Shown here: positions 55,302-64,000 of the stretch, one piece after another
Numbering within the stretch: position 1 is the stretch's first letter
Layout of the letters: the number at the start of each line of letters is the position of its first letter
Assembly (NCBI GenBank): GCA_965204885.1
Contig: OZ242019.1
Coordinates: 1,127,327-1,191,326 of the forward strand
Reading direction: 5' to 3'
Origin: Dehalococcoidia bacterium
GTDB taxonomy: Bacteria; Chloroflexota; Dehalococcoidia; UBA6926
DNA length: 64,000 bases
Notes under the pieces: model-generated
Told to the model about the DNA's origin: nothing
The model's input: only the letters and a program-made list of their open reading frames with translations
Databases searched by the model: none
Program-made: the position numbers and the translations under genes

Positions 55302-57944
55302 TCAGGCGCTGTCTCCCGTGTCATTGGCCCGTTCCCAGAAGCGCCGCAGCTCCTCCTTCAGCGGCGCGTGCTTGTCCTGCAACAAGTCCGGGTCATCCGC
55401 CGTGACGGCCAGCGCATGACGCCGTGCCTCTTCAATAAGCGCCAGATCGGCGAATGTCGCGACCTGCAGGTCAGGCAGCCCGCTCTGCCGCGTGCCAAGC
55501 AACTCTCCGGGCCCGCGCAACTGAAGGTCCGCCTCCGCCACCTCGAACCCGTCTCGCGTCCTTTCCATCACCTCCAACCGCTTGTTGACCTCCTCCGTGT
55601 CGGACTCCGAGACGAGGATGCAATAGCTGTTCTCCGTGCCGCGTCCCACCCGTCCCCGGTATTGATGCAGTTGAGACAGGCCAAAGCGGTCGGCTCCGTC
55701 AATCATCATCACTGTTGCATTGGGCACGTCGATGCCCACCTCCACGACCGCCGTCGAGACAAGTACGTCAATATCCCCGCCGTGGAGTTCTTCCATGACG
55801 CGGTCCTTTTCAGCCGGCCGCATCCGGCCATGAAGCAACCCGACGTTGAGATCAGGAAAGACATCCCGTGAAAGGCGCTCATGTTCCACCACCGCAGCTT
55901 TGGCGGCCACGGCCTCGGACTCCTCAACGAGCGGGCAGATTATGAACGATTGCCGCCTCTCCGCCGCCTCTTTACGGATGAACCCATACGCTCGCTCGCG
56001 CTCATGCGGCGGGACGATGGCAGTCCTGATAGGCGGCCTTCCCGGCGGCATCTTGCGAATCGTTGAAACATCCAGATCGCCGTAGATGGCGAGCGCCAGC
56101 GTGCGCGGAATGGGCGTTGCGGTCATGACGAGCAGATGCGGAGCAAAGCCCTTGTTGCGGAGTGAGGCCCGCTGCTCCACGCCAAACCGGTGCTGTTCGT
56201 CCACCACCGCTAGGCCGAGATTATTGAACGCGACCCCCTCTTGTATCAGCGCGTGCGTACCGATGACGATATCAACGTCGCCCCGCGCGATGAGATCGTG
56301 CAGCTGCGACTTTGCGCCCGCCGCCATGCTGCCCGTCAAGCGAGCGATGCGGAGCGGCCTGTCCGGCAGGATTCCGCTGAAGCCCCGATAGGGCCCCCCG
56401 TCGTTTGCCTCCCGATTTCCGTGGCTGAAAACGCCCGTGAGTGTACGGAAATGCTGTTCCGCAAGCACCTCGGTCGGCGCCATCAGCGCGCCCTGGAACC
56501 CGTTTGCCGCGGCTGTTACGAGGGCCAGCGCCGCAACGACCGTCTTGCCGCTGCCCACGTCGCCCTGCAAGAGCCGCATCATGGGCGCGCTCCCACCGAT
56601 GTCCGTGAGTATTTCCTCTACAACACGATCCTGGTCCGCTGTCAGCGTGAAAGGCAGGGCGCTCAGCACGTTGTCGACGGTCTCGCTATTGCGCGGGATC
56701 GGCGCGCCGAGCTCTCGCTGTTGCTGCTTCCGCCGTTCCAGCAGACCGAGTTGGAGGAGGAAGAGTTCATCGAATGCCAACCGACGGCGCGCCCGCTCAT
56801 CATCAGATAGATCCGAGGGGTGATGGATAAGACCGAGAGCCTGCTGCAGCCCCGGCAGTTTCGCCGTTCGAATGATGTCATCGGGCAGGAATTCCTGGAC
56901 GAGCGGCAAGGCCCGTTCCGCCGCCGGGCCGATAAGCCTTCGCATTCCGCTCTGCGTCACCCCCTTGGTGAGCGGGTAGATGGGCACCAACTCGCCCGCA
57001 TCCATGCTGTCCTCAGACCGAAGCTGCTCATACGTCTCTACCTGGAACTGCGCACGGCTGCGATACTCCCCCAGCCGACCGATTAACAGCAGCCGCGACC
57101 CCTTCTTGAGGTTCTTCAGGACCCACGGGTTGCCGAACCACACCGCCTTCACCTGCCCTGTGGCATCGCTGACCGCCGCCTCGACGCGCATCACCTGCCG
57201 GCCCCTCGTGTAGCCGCCTCCGCCCGCTCTTTCAACACGGACGGAGATCGCCGTCTGCTCTCCGTAGGACAGCTGCGCAATGGGTGAGACGGGCACGTAC
57301 CGCCGAGGAAAGGCCCACAGTGCATCGCGATACGTCTCAACGCCCAGCTTCCTGAGGCCGGCTTTCATGCGTGATGGCGCATCCAGGGGATCGTCGAGCG
57401 ATTTAACCGGCGTTACCTTTTGGGCAGGCTTCGCGGCTTTGCGCCGCGTTGGCTTGGGAGGCGCGATTCTTTCTGCCGGGGATCGATGCTCCGTTCTCGA
57501 ACGAGTAGTCGAGACTTCTTCCAATCGATCCCACCCCGGGTCGGGCGGCACATCCATGCGTGGCGGAGGCTGCCGATGTTCCACGTTGTCCGCCATGGCA
57601 GGGCGCTCCGAATCCGTGTCCGGCTCGGAATCTCGCAATCGTTCCAGTGTTTCGCGCACCCACGCGGCGCGCCCGTCCGGCCGCAGGCCGTCATAGCTCG
57701 GCAAACCGATGCTGGCGTCTTCCAACGCGCGCTTGATGTCCGGGTCTTCAATCCATCTCTCAAGGAACGCGTCCAGACCGCCGATGACGGCGCGGTTCGC
57801 ATAGTTCTGGTCGCGCTCGAGGCGTAGAACGTGACGGATTGTCTCCACTTTGCGCGCGACACGGTCGTCGAGTGCCGCAGGGGCAGATGACGACTCGTTT
57901 CGGGATGCGTGGCCGGGGCCGACAGGCAAGCGGCCCTGTGTCAT
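55302..57944 (-). CDS. recG: ATP-dependent DNA helicase RecG (with ~170-aa N-terminal extension)
   Basis: Wedge domain, Walker A GDVGSGKT, DEQHRFG, helicase C-terminal motifs. Confidence 0.9.
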   Translation of the reverse strand: MTQGRLPVGPGHASRNESSSAPAALDDRVARKVETIRHVLRLERDQNYANRAVIGGLDAFLERWIEDPDIKRALEDASIGLPSYDGLRPDGRAAWVRETLERLRDSEPDTDSERPAMADNVEHRQPPPRMDVPPDPGWDRLEEVSTTRSRTEHRSPAERIAPPKPTRRKAAKPAQKVTPVKSLDDPLDAPSRMKAGLRKLGVETYRDALWAFPRRYVPVSPIAQLSYGEQTAISVRVERAGGGGYTRGRQVMRVEAAVSDATGQVKAVWFGNPWVLKNLKKGSRLLLIGRLGEYRSRAQFQVETYEQLRSEDSMDAGELVPIYPLTKGVTQSGMRRLIGPAAERALPLVQEFLPDDIIRTAKLPGLQQALGLIHHPSDLSDDERARRRLAFDELFLLQLGLLERRKQQQRELGAPIPRNSETVDNVLSALPFTLTADQDRVVEEILTDIGGSAPMMRLLQGDVGSGKTVVAALALVTAAANGFQGALMAPTEVLAEQHFRTLTGVFSHGNREANDGGPYRGFSGILPDRPLRIARLTGSMAAGAKSQLHDLIARGDVDIVIGTHALIQEGVAFNNLGLAVVDEQHRFGVEQRASLRNKGFAPHLLVMTATPIPRTLALAIYGDLDVSTIRKMPPGRPPIRTAIVPPHERERAYGFIRKEAAERRQSFIICPLVEESEAVAAKAAVVEHERLSRDVFPDLNVGLLHGRMRPAEKDRVMEELHGGDIDVLVSTAVVEVGIDVPNATVMMIDGADRFGLSQLHQYRGRVGRGTENSYCILVSESDTEEVNKRLEVMERTRDGFEVAEADLQLRGPGELLGTRQSGLPDLQVATFADLALIEEARRHALAVTADDPDLLQDKHAPLKEELRRFWERANDTGDSA

Positions 57945-57957
57945 GGTTGAATCCCCG

Positions 57958-58827
57958 TCACTGTCCCGGCGATGAGACTATAGCAACGCCGACGCACCCC
58001 GGACCCGCGTAGGTCCCCACCGCCGCGCCGATGGTATAAACGGGCACGTCATCAAGGCTAAGGCGCTCCTTGGCGCGGTCCGCCATCTCGCGCGCCCGAT
58101 CGTGATCTGTCGTACTTGCATAGGCGATTTGCTCAGGGGTTCCACTCTTGAGGGCGAGTGATTCAAGGAGGGCGTGGGCCTTCGCGCGAGAGCGTACGCG
58201 CTCCAACGGGTGAACCTCGCCGTCGCGGAACTCCAGGACCGGCTTGACGCTAAGCAGACCGCCGAGGAACCGCTGCGCCTTGCCGATTCGGCCCCCGCGT
58301 GCCAGGTACTCCAGGGTATCGACTGCGAAATAGAGGCTGGTTCGGCTAGCAGTATCGCGCGCCCACTCAGCGAGCTCCTCGATTCCCATGCCGTCTCGCG
58401 CCCTTTGCGCCGCGCCTTGCGCGAGAACGCCAAGGCCCATCGCGACAAGCAGGGAGTCCACCACCTCAATGACGGCGTTGGGATGATCCTTCAGAGTCAT
58501 ATCCCTGCCGATTAACGCCGAATTGTATGTTCCGCTCATCTTTGATGAAACGGTCAACGCCATAACAGGGCCGTTGGGCGCCAGCTTTCCAAATGCATCC
58601 GCAAAATCTTGCGGCGAGGGCTGCGCTGTCTTGGGGAAAGCGCCTCGCTGTTGCAGACGGCGATAGAACTCTCCACCGCCGATGGTGACACCGTCGCGGA
58701 ACTGTTCTTCGCCGAAGAAGACATATGCCGGAACAATCGTGATTCCGGCTCGCTCGGCATCTTCCTGCTTGATATCGGACGTGCTGTCGGTCACGATCTG
58801 CACCGTGCCCTGAGATGCGCTTGTCAC
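57958..58827 (-). CDS. DegV family fatty-acid-binding protein
   Basis: VQIVTDSTSDI...; start taken at GTG (VTSAS) preceded by GGAGG; the ORF track's longer N-terminus lacks an SD. Confidence 0.7.
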   Translation of the reverse strand: MTSASQGTVQIVTDSTSDIKQEDAERAGITIVPAYVFFGEEQFRDGVTIGGGEFYRRLQQRGAFPKTAQPSPQDFADAFGKLAPNGPVMALTVSSKMSGTYNSALIGRDMTLKDHPNAVIEVVDSLLVAMGLGVLAQGAAQRARDGMGIEELAEWARDTASRTSLYFAVDTLEYLARGGRIGKAQRFLGGLLSVKPVLEFRDGEVHPLERVRSRAKAHALLESLALKSGTPEQIAYASTTDHDRAREMADRAKERLSLDDVPVYTIGAAVGTYAGPGCVGVAIVSSPGQ

Positions 58828-59225
58828 ATCAACCTCCGAATGGTCCCCGCGCGTCCGTTCGGACGCTATTGGCACAATGCCAACAACCCCGTCCCCTGTC
58901 AACGCACGTGGGACCCGGCCGGTTGAGACAGCGCTTGAGTAGATTACTTAAGCTGCGCGGCGGATTCCGCGTCGGCGCTCCGCCGGCGATGGCGTCTGCC
59001 TGAGCCCCCACTGGACTTCGCGCCGATACCGCCCGGGGCCGTACGTTGCGGGATTCCGTGAGGCTGTGCTGCCGGCTGACGGCTTGCCCTGTGACCTCGT
59101 TGGTGTCGTCGTCATGTCTATCCTCTGTTTCCCTTTGAGCGCCCCTTACTGCCATTGAACGCAGACATGCAAATGAGTCACGCTCTTTTGTTCTACTTCA
59201 TACAGAATAGCACGAACGTTCCATA

Positions 59226-60017
59226 ATGCAAGCCCTGTGGCGACGGGCCCTGCCACGGCATTCTGCCGGATGTATAGTGGGCGAGTCGGAGACTAGTAAG
59301 GATGCAGTCGTGATTGAATTGGAAGGTATTGCCAAGCGCTACGAGGTTGGCGCGATTACCGTCACCGCCCTGGAAAACGTGGATCTGACCATCAATGAGG
59401 GTGAATTTGTTGTCGTTCTCGGCCCATCCGGCAGCGGCAAGACGACGCTTTTGAACATGATTGGCGCGCTGGATACGCCCACCGAGGGACGCATCAGCGT
59501 CGATGGGCAGGAGGTCACGGGCGCGTCAAAGGGCCAGCTCTTTGCCTATCGACGCTCAAAGGTGAGTTTCATCTTCCAGAGCTTCAACCTGTTCCCCGGC
59601 CTAACTGCTCGCGAAAACGTGCAATTCGGCATCGATGCCGCCGAGAAGCGCAACGGCAATGGGTCTAGCGCCGTCGATGTTCTGACCGATGTTGGCCTGG
59701 GCGAGCGCGTCGCTCATTTCCCGCACGAACTTTCCGGCGGCGAGCAGCAGCGCGTTGCCATCGCTCGCGCCCTTGCCACCGGCAATCCTGTTGTTCTTGC
59801 CGATGAGCCGACCGGTGAACTGGATTTCACCACCGGCGCGCAGATCCTGGAACTCTTGCGCCGACAGTCGGAATCCGGAAAGACGATCCTGGTGGTCACG
59901 CATAACAGGGAGATTTCCCGCATGGCGGATCGGGTTATCGAGTTGAGCAGCGGCAACATCGTGCATGATGGGCCGCCTGAGGGCGGACGCGCCGCCATCT
60001 CCGATCTGCGCTGGTAG
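59226..60017 (+). CDS. ABC transporter ATP-binding protein (MacB/LolD-like); start possibly GTG at 59310
   Basis: Walker A GPSGSGKTT, LSGGEQQRVAIARAL, Walker B VLADEPT. Confidence 0.8.
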   Translation: MQALWRRALPRHSAGCIVGESETSKDAVVIELEGIAKRYEVGAITVTALENVDLTINEGEFVVVLGPSGSGKTTLLNMIGALDTPTEGRISVDGQEVTGASKGQLFAYRRSKVSFIFQSFNLFPGLTARENVQFGIDAAEKRNGNGSSAVDVLTDVGLGERVAHFPHELSGGEQQRVAIARALATGNPVVLADEPTGELDFTTGAQILELLRRQSESGKTILVVTHNREISRMADRVIELSSGNIVHDGPPEGGRAAISDLRW

Positions 60018-60030
60018 TCGGGCCTGATCA

Positions 60031-62514
60031 ATGACACTCCGCTTGCTGATCAAATGGTCTCTGCGCGACCTGCGTTCGCGCTGGATCCAGACGGTCACTA
60101 TCGCCCTCGTCATTGGCCTGGGCATCGGGAGCTTCGCCTCGTTCAACAGCATGGCGGAGTGGCGAAGGGCGTCCAACAGCGCCAGCTTTGAAGCCACCCG
60201 GATGTATGACCTCCGGGTCAATCTCAGCGACAACAGCTTCGTCCCAAAGGGCAATCTCACCCGTGCTATCCAGGCCATCCCCTCCGCCGATGCTATCGAG
60301 GGCATCGAGGAGCGGCTGTCCATCCCCACTCAGCTCAGACTGGATTATGAAGTGGAGAACGCCGAGACCGGAGATGTGACCACCGAGAGACTGCTCGTGC
60401 CCGGCCTTCTCGTCGGTATGGACTACGCCGACCCGAACGGGGTCTCCGTCAACAGCGCGCACATAACCGCAGGCCGGGACCTCAATCCCTCGGACTCCGG
60501 CCAATTCAACGTTCTCCTTGAGCATAAATTCGCGCTCGCCTACAACCTGCCTGCGGAGGGAACGGCATCCATCGCAGGAGGCCGCACTGTCAACTATGTC
60601 GGCCACTTCCTTGCGCCGGAGCATTTCATTGTTCTTACGGAAGGCGGCGGCTTCTTTGCCCATGCCAGCTATGCCGTGGTATTCGCCTCCCTGGAAACCG
60701 TACAGACCGTTGCCGAGCGCCCCGGGCTGGTCGACGAGGCCATCATTCGCATCAGCGATGATGCGTCGCGTGACAACGTCATCCGCGAGATTGAGGCTGC
60801 CGTCGGCGGCGCACTGTCCGATGTTGGGTTCGATGTGACCGAGGACATAGATGATCCGTCATTCCGCGTCATCACGGAGGATGTAGAGGGTGATCAACAG
60901 ACGACAAACATTGTTGCCTTTGCCATCCTGATCGGCGCGGTGTTTGCGGCATTCAACTTGACGTCCCGAATGGTGGAGACACAACGGCGCGAGATTGGCG
61001 TCGCGATGGCATTAGGGGTCACGCCGCGCAGGATTTCTCTCAGGCCGCTCATCGTTGGGATGCAGATTGCCGTTTCCGGTATCGTCTTTGGCGTCATCGT
61101 GGGGTGGCTCTTAGCCCAGATGCTCAAGGGTATCCTGAACGAATTTTTGCCCCTGCCCATCTGGGTTTCACCCTTCCAATACGGCATCTTTGCCATCGTC
61201 ACCGCCGGCGGCCTGCTCGTCCTCCTGTTCGCGGTCGGCTACCCGGTGTGGCGCGCTGTCCGTGTCAATCCGATTGACGCCATCAAGACCGGCCACCTTG
61301 CAGCGAGAGGGGGAGGCCTCGCGCCTCTCATCACCCGTTTGCCCGCTCCGGGCTCAACCTTCGGACAGCTCCCGTTTCGCAATGTCGCCCGGGCCCCACG
61401 CCGGGCATTCCTGACAATCATGGGAATCGCGGCCGCCGTCGCCGTCACCGTCGTCCTTGTCGGCATCTTTGATTCCTACCTGGAGACCCTGGGGCAAGGC
61501 CGTGACGAGGTCTTGAGTTCAAATCCGGACCGTTTGGAGATCGACCTCGTCCTGCCCTTGCCGATCGATTCAACCGTCGTGAACGAAATTAGAGACGCCG
61601 ATACGATTGACACCGTTGAACCCGGTCTCCGCGTTTTCGGCTCCCTCTCATCACCTGACTCGGATGAGGAGTTCGATGTCCTGATCCGATTTATGGATTT
61701 TGGAAGTGACATCTGGCGACCGACCGCGGTTGAAGGCTCGTTGGACTCGGCGGAGCCCGGGCTTGTCATTGCGAATAAGGCGGCGACGGACCTGAGCGTC
61801 GAAGTCGGTGATTCCGTCGTCTTGACTCATCCCGTGCGTGAGGGACTCACGTCGTTCTCACTCCAGGACACGACACTCCCTGTGATTGCCATTCATCCGC
61901 ATTACGTCCGCAGCACCCTCTACATGGATAACGCGCACATGGGCATCCTCAACGTCACCGGTGTCACCAATCGCATTACGGCTGTCGCCGCCCCCGGAGC
62001 GCCCATCATCGACATCAAGGAGCAGCTCTTTCCGATCAACGGCATCGTGTCCGTTGCCACTGTCGTGGAGGAGGCGAACCTGGCCGAAGACCTGATTAAT
62101 CAATTCATCAACGTAATTCGGCTGATGCAGCTGGTGCCGCTGCTGCTGGCGATCCTCATCGCCTACAACACCGCCAACATCGCCATGGACGAGCGAAGGC
62201 GCGAACACGCCACGATGGCGGCGTTCGGCGCCCCCTACCGGACCATCATGCGTATGGCCGTCGTGGAGAGCATGATCCTCGGCGTCATTGCCACCGTAGT
62301 TGGATCCATCCTGGGATTCGGTCTGCTCCTGTACATCGTCGAGGTGATATTCCCGATGACCTCGCCCGACCTCGGCCTGGTCATCACCTTCACGCCAACC
62401 TCTGTATTGACGGTCATCATTTTGGGCGTGATAGCGGTGGGCCTGGCCCCGCTCCTAACGTTCCGCCGCCTCCGCCGCACAGATATTCCCTCCACGCTGA
62501 GGGTGATGGAATAG
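60031..62514 (+). CDS. ABC transporter permease with two FtsX-type domains (MacB-like)
   Basis: 827 aa; two 4-TM FtsX-like modules separated by large extracytoplasmic domains. Confidence 0.75.
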   Translation: MTLRLLIKWSLRDLRSRWIQTVTIALVIGLGIGSFASFNSMAEWRRASNSASFEATRMYDLRVNLSDNSFVPKGNLTRAIQAIPSADAIEGIEERLSIPTQLRLDYEVENAETGDVTTERLLVPGLLVGMDYADPNGVSVNSAHITAGRDLNPSDSGQFNVLLEHKFALAYNLPAEGTASIAGGRTVNYVGHFLAPEHFIVLTEGGGFFAHASYAVVFASLETVQTVAERPGLVDEAIIRISDDASRDNVIREIEAAVGGALSDVGFDVTEDIDDPSFRVITEDVEGDQQTTNIVAFAILIGAVFAAFNLTSRMVETQRREIGVAMALGVTPRRISLRPLIVGMQIAVSGIVFGVIVGWLLAQMLKGILNEFLPLPIWVSPFQYGIFAIVTAGGLLVLLFAVGYPVWRAVRVNPIDAIKTGHLAARGGGLAPLITRLPAPGSTFGQLPFRNVARAPRRAFLTIMGIAAAVAVTVVLVGIFDSYLETLGQGRDEVLSSNPDRLEIDLVLPLPIDSTVVNEIRDADTIDTVEPGLRVFGSLSSPDSDEEFDVLIRFMDFGSDIWRPTAVEGSLDSAEPGLVIANKAATDLSVEVGDSVVLTHPVREGLTSFSLQDTTLPVIAIHPHYVRSTLYMDNAHMGILNVTGVTNRITAVAAPGAPIIDIKEQLFPINGIVSVATVVEEANLAEDLINQFINVIRLMQLVPLLLAILIAYNTANIAMDERRREHATMAAFGAPYRTIMRMAVVESMILGVIATVVGSILGFGLLLYIVEVIFPMTSPDLGLVITFTPTSVLTVIILGVIAVGLAPLLTFRRLRRTDIPSTLRVME

Positions 62515-62524
62515 GGAACTGCAT

Positions 62525-64000
62525 CTATTCCCCGTTGCGCTTCTCCTGTAGGGCCGCGTAGACCTTTTCAGCAGTGATTGGCAGCGACGTGATGCGCACG
62601 CCTACCGCGTCTTCGATGGCATTCGCGATGGCTGGGGCAGTCATGATGTTGGTGTGCTCGCCGATGCCGCGTACCGCGTACGGACCATCGCCCACGTCCG
62701 ACTCCAGCACAATCTCGTTCAACTCCGGCAGGTCGCGAACGGTCGGGAGCTTCATGTCTGCGAACGACGGGTTAGTGACGCGGCCGGACTCGTCATAGAC
62801 CGTCTCCGTCATCACCGTCTCGCCGAAGCCGTACACGACACCGCCCTCGAGTTGACCATAGAACGCGACCGGGTTTAGCACCCGTCCCGTCTCATGCACG
62901 GCGGTGATCTTCAGGACTTCGAAATCACCCGTCTCCGGGTCGACCTCAACCTCTGCGATCTGCGTGCCGAAGGCCGTGTACGGGCTTGTGCCCTCCTGGA
63001 TATCGACCCGTGTGACGATAGGCTCGCCGGTCCGCGTAGCAATCTCGCCGAATGCAATTGTCTCGCCGCTGTCGTTGACCACGTTCCCGTCACTCAACTT
63101 CAGCCGCTCCTCATCCCAACCCTGGAACTCTGCGGCCAAACGTCGAAGCTTGTCTGCCGTATCAGAGGCCGCCATGTGTCCGACGGTGCTCGTGACGCGC
63201 GCGCCGCGGCTGCCGCCGATTCCCTGCAACGGCCCAAGCTGATTCGATGAGAAAGACAGCGCCTCAACGTCCTGCGGAGAAACGCCAAGCTGCTCCGCCA
63301 CTACCTGCGCGATGATCGTGAACGTGCCGCCGCCTGTATCGAACGTGGAGAAGTGGGCGGTAATCGAGCCGTCCGTCGTGATCGTGACCTGGCACACCGC
63401 CGCGCCACCGCCCTGCGAATGATGGCCGGTGCCAATGCCGATTCCGACGTTTTCCGGGCGATTATTGGAGTAGTTGGCCTCGCGCAGCGCCTCCTCAAGG
63501 GTTGTGTCGGCGCGCAGGGCCTGGTACTCGTCACCGTTCATCAGGGGCTCACCGTCGTGGGTGATGTTCTTCGTGCGGAACTCCGCCGGGTCCATGCCGA
63601 TGGCACGGGCACAGAGGTCGATGTGCGACTCTCCCGCCCACAGCCCTTGTGGCATCCCGGGCGCCCGGGCGAAACCGCACGGCACCAGGTTTGCGTAGGT
63701 ATGTGTGATGGACATGGCGACGTTCTCGCAGCGGTACGCCCCGCCCATCTCGAACACGCCACGCAGGCCGTTGGGAACGGGCGCATACGACACATACCCG
63801 CCGATGGCCAGGTACGCGTCTGCCTGCCATGCGGTGATCGTCCCGTCGCGCTTGACGCCTGCCTTGATGGTAATTTCGGACGGATGCCGTGGGTTGGATG
63901 CCATCAACTCCTCGGAATAATCAAAGACCAGCTTGATGGGGCGACCCGTCCGCTTGGCGAACTCGTACATGATGTAGACGCCCACCGCGTCCGTCTTGCC
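62525..64000 (-). CDS. xanthine dehydrogenase-family molybdopterin-binding subunit (C-terminal part; 5' end beyond window)
   Basis: Paralogous to 27205-29469 (for example ...VHETGRVLNP...GVVYGFG...); the frame is open to the window edge. Confidence 0.8.
   Translation of the reverse strand, partial: GKTDAVGVYIMYEFAKRTGRPIKLVFDYSEELMASNPRHPSEITIKAGVKRDGTITAWQADAYLAIGGYVSYAPVPNGLRGVFEMGGAYRCENVAMSITHTYANLVPCGFARAPGMPQGLWAGESHIDLCARAIGMDPAEFRTKNITHDGEPLMNGDEYQALRADTTLEEALREANYSNNRPENVGIGIGTGHHSQGGGAAVCQVTITTDGSITAHFSTFDTGGGTFTIIAQVVAEQLGVSPQDVEALSFSSNQLGPLQGIGGSRGARVTSTVGHMAASDTADKLRRLAAEFQGWDEERLKLSDGNVVNDSGETIAFGEIATRTGEPIVTRVDIQEGTSPYTAFGTQIAEVEVDPETGDFEVLKITAVHETGRVLNPVAFYGQLEGGVVYGFGETVMTETVYDESGRVTNPSFADMKLPTVRDLPELNEIVLESDVGDGPYAVRGIGEHTNIMTAPAIANAIEDAVGVRITSLPITAEKVYAALQEKRNGE

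Noticed and set aside
59040-59120. Arg-rich ~56-codon ORF with a GAGGA SD on the minus strand between degV and the MacB-like ABC gene
   Set aside because: Two overlapping frames are open in this GC-rich spacer and there is no conserved motif; insufficient support to call.
1-64000. CRISPR array, integrase/transposase genes, prophage structural genes
   Set aside because: No regularly spaced direct repeats and no recombinase-like ORFs were seen; mobility is inferred only from tRNA duplication, GC shifts and small repeats.

Overview
The window is a 64 kb, high-GC bacterial chromosomal segment. Lipobox lipoproteins and the gene content are consistent with a monoderm high-GC lineage such as Chloroflexota, but I cannot confirm that. 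The backbone is housekeeping: rpsT, a bifunctional rel/spoT, uvrA, mutY, gltX, lspA-rluD, cysteine synthase, moeB/thiF, argS, recG, msrA/msrB, two xanthine-dehydrogenase-family Mo subunits, a tandem pair of nitronate-monooxygenase paralogs, a dipeptide/oligopeptide-type ABC transporter operon with ATGA translational coupling, four family-5 solute-binding proteins, and a MacB/FtsX-type ABC pair. I call seven tRNAs (Leu-TAA, Cys-GCA, Leu-GAG, Trp-CCA, Asp-GTC, Arg-TCG) plus one degenerate tRNA-Arg copy. Between the housekeeping genes are several visibly AT-richer accessory islets:
(i) 3.2-5.2 kb: an RHH-like fusion protein, a DUF4258 protein and an acidic protein.
(ii) 8.9-10.8 kb: a single-gene GmrSD-type (DUF262/DUF1524) type IV restriction enzyme with an extra C-terminal Vsr/DUF559-like tail.
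(iii) 48.3-51.5 kb: an MvaI/BcnI-like endonuclease with no methyltransferase, a frameshifted second GmrSD gene, a degenerate duplicate tRNA-Arg and an orphan HicB-like gene.
Other points: two adjacent secreted proteins share a Cys-containing GlyGly/MYXO-CTERM-like C-terminal sorting tail; there is a plant-type LRR lipoprotein built from 72-bp tandem repeats; a ~125-bp duplication of the qor 5' end flanks an inverted lipoprotein gene; a dispersed palindromic repeat family has at least four copies (one inside the lspA/rluD overlap); and a ~520-nt structured leader with a strong-SD mini-ORF sits upstream of the peptide ABC operon. No CRISPR array, integrase or transposase was seen.
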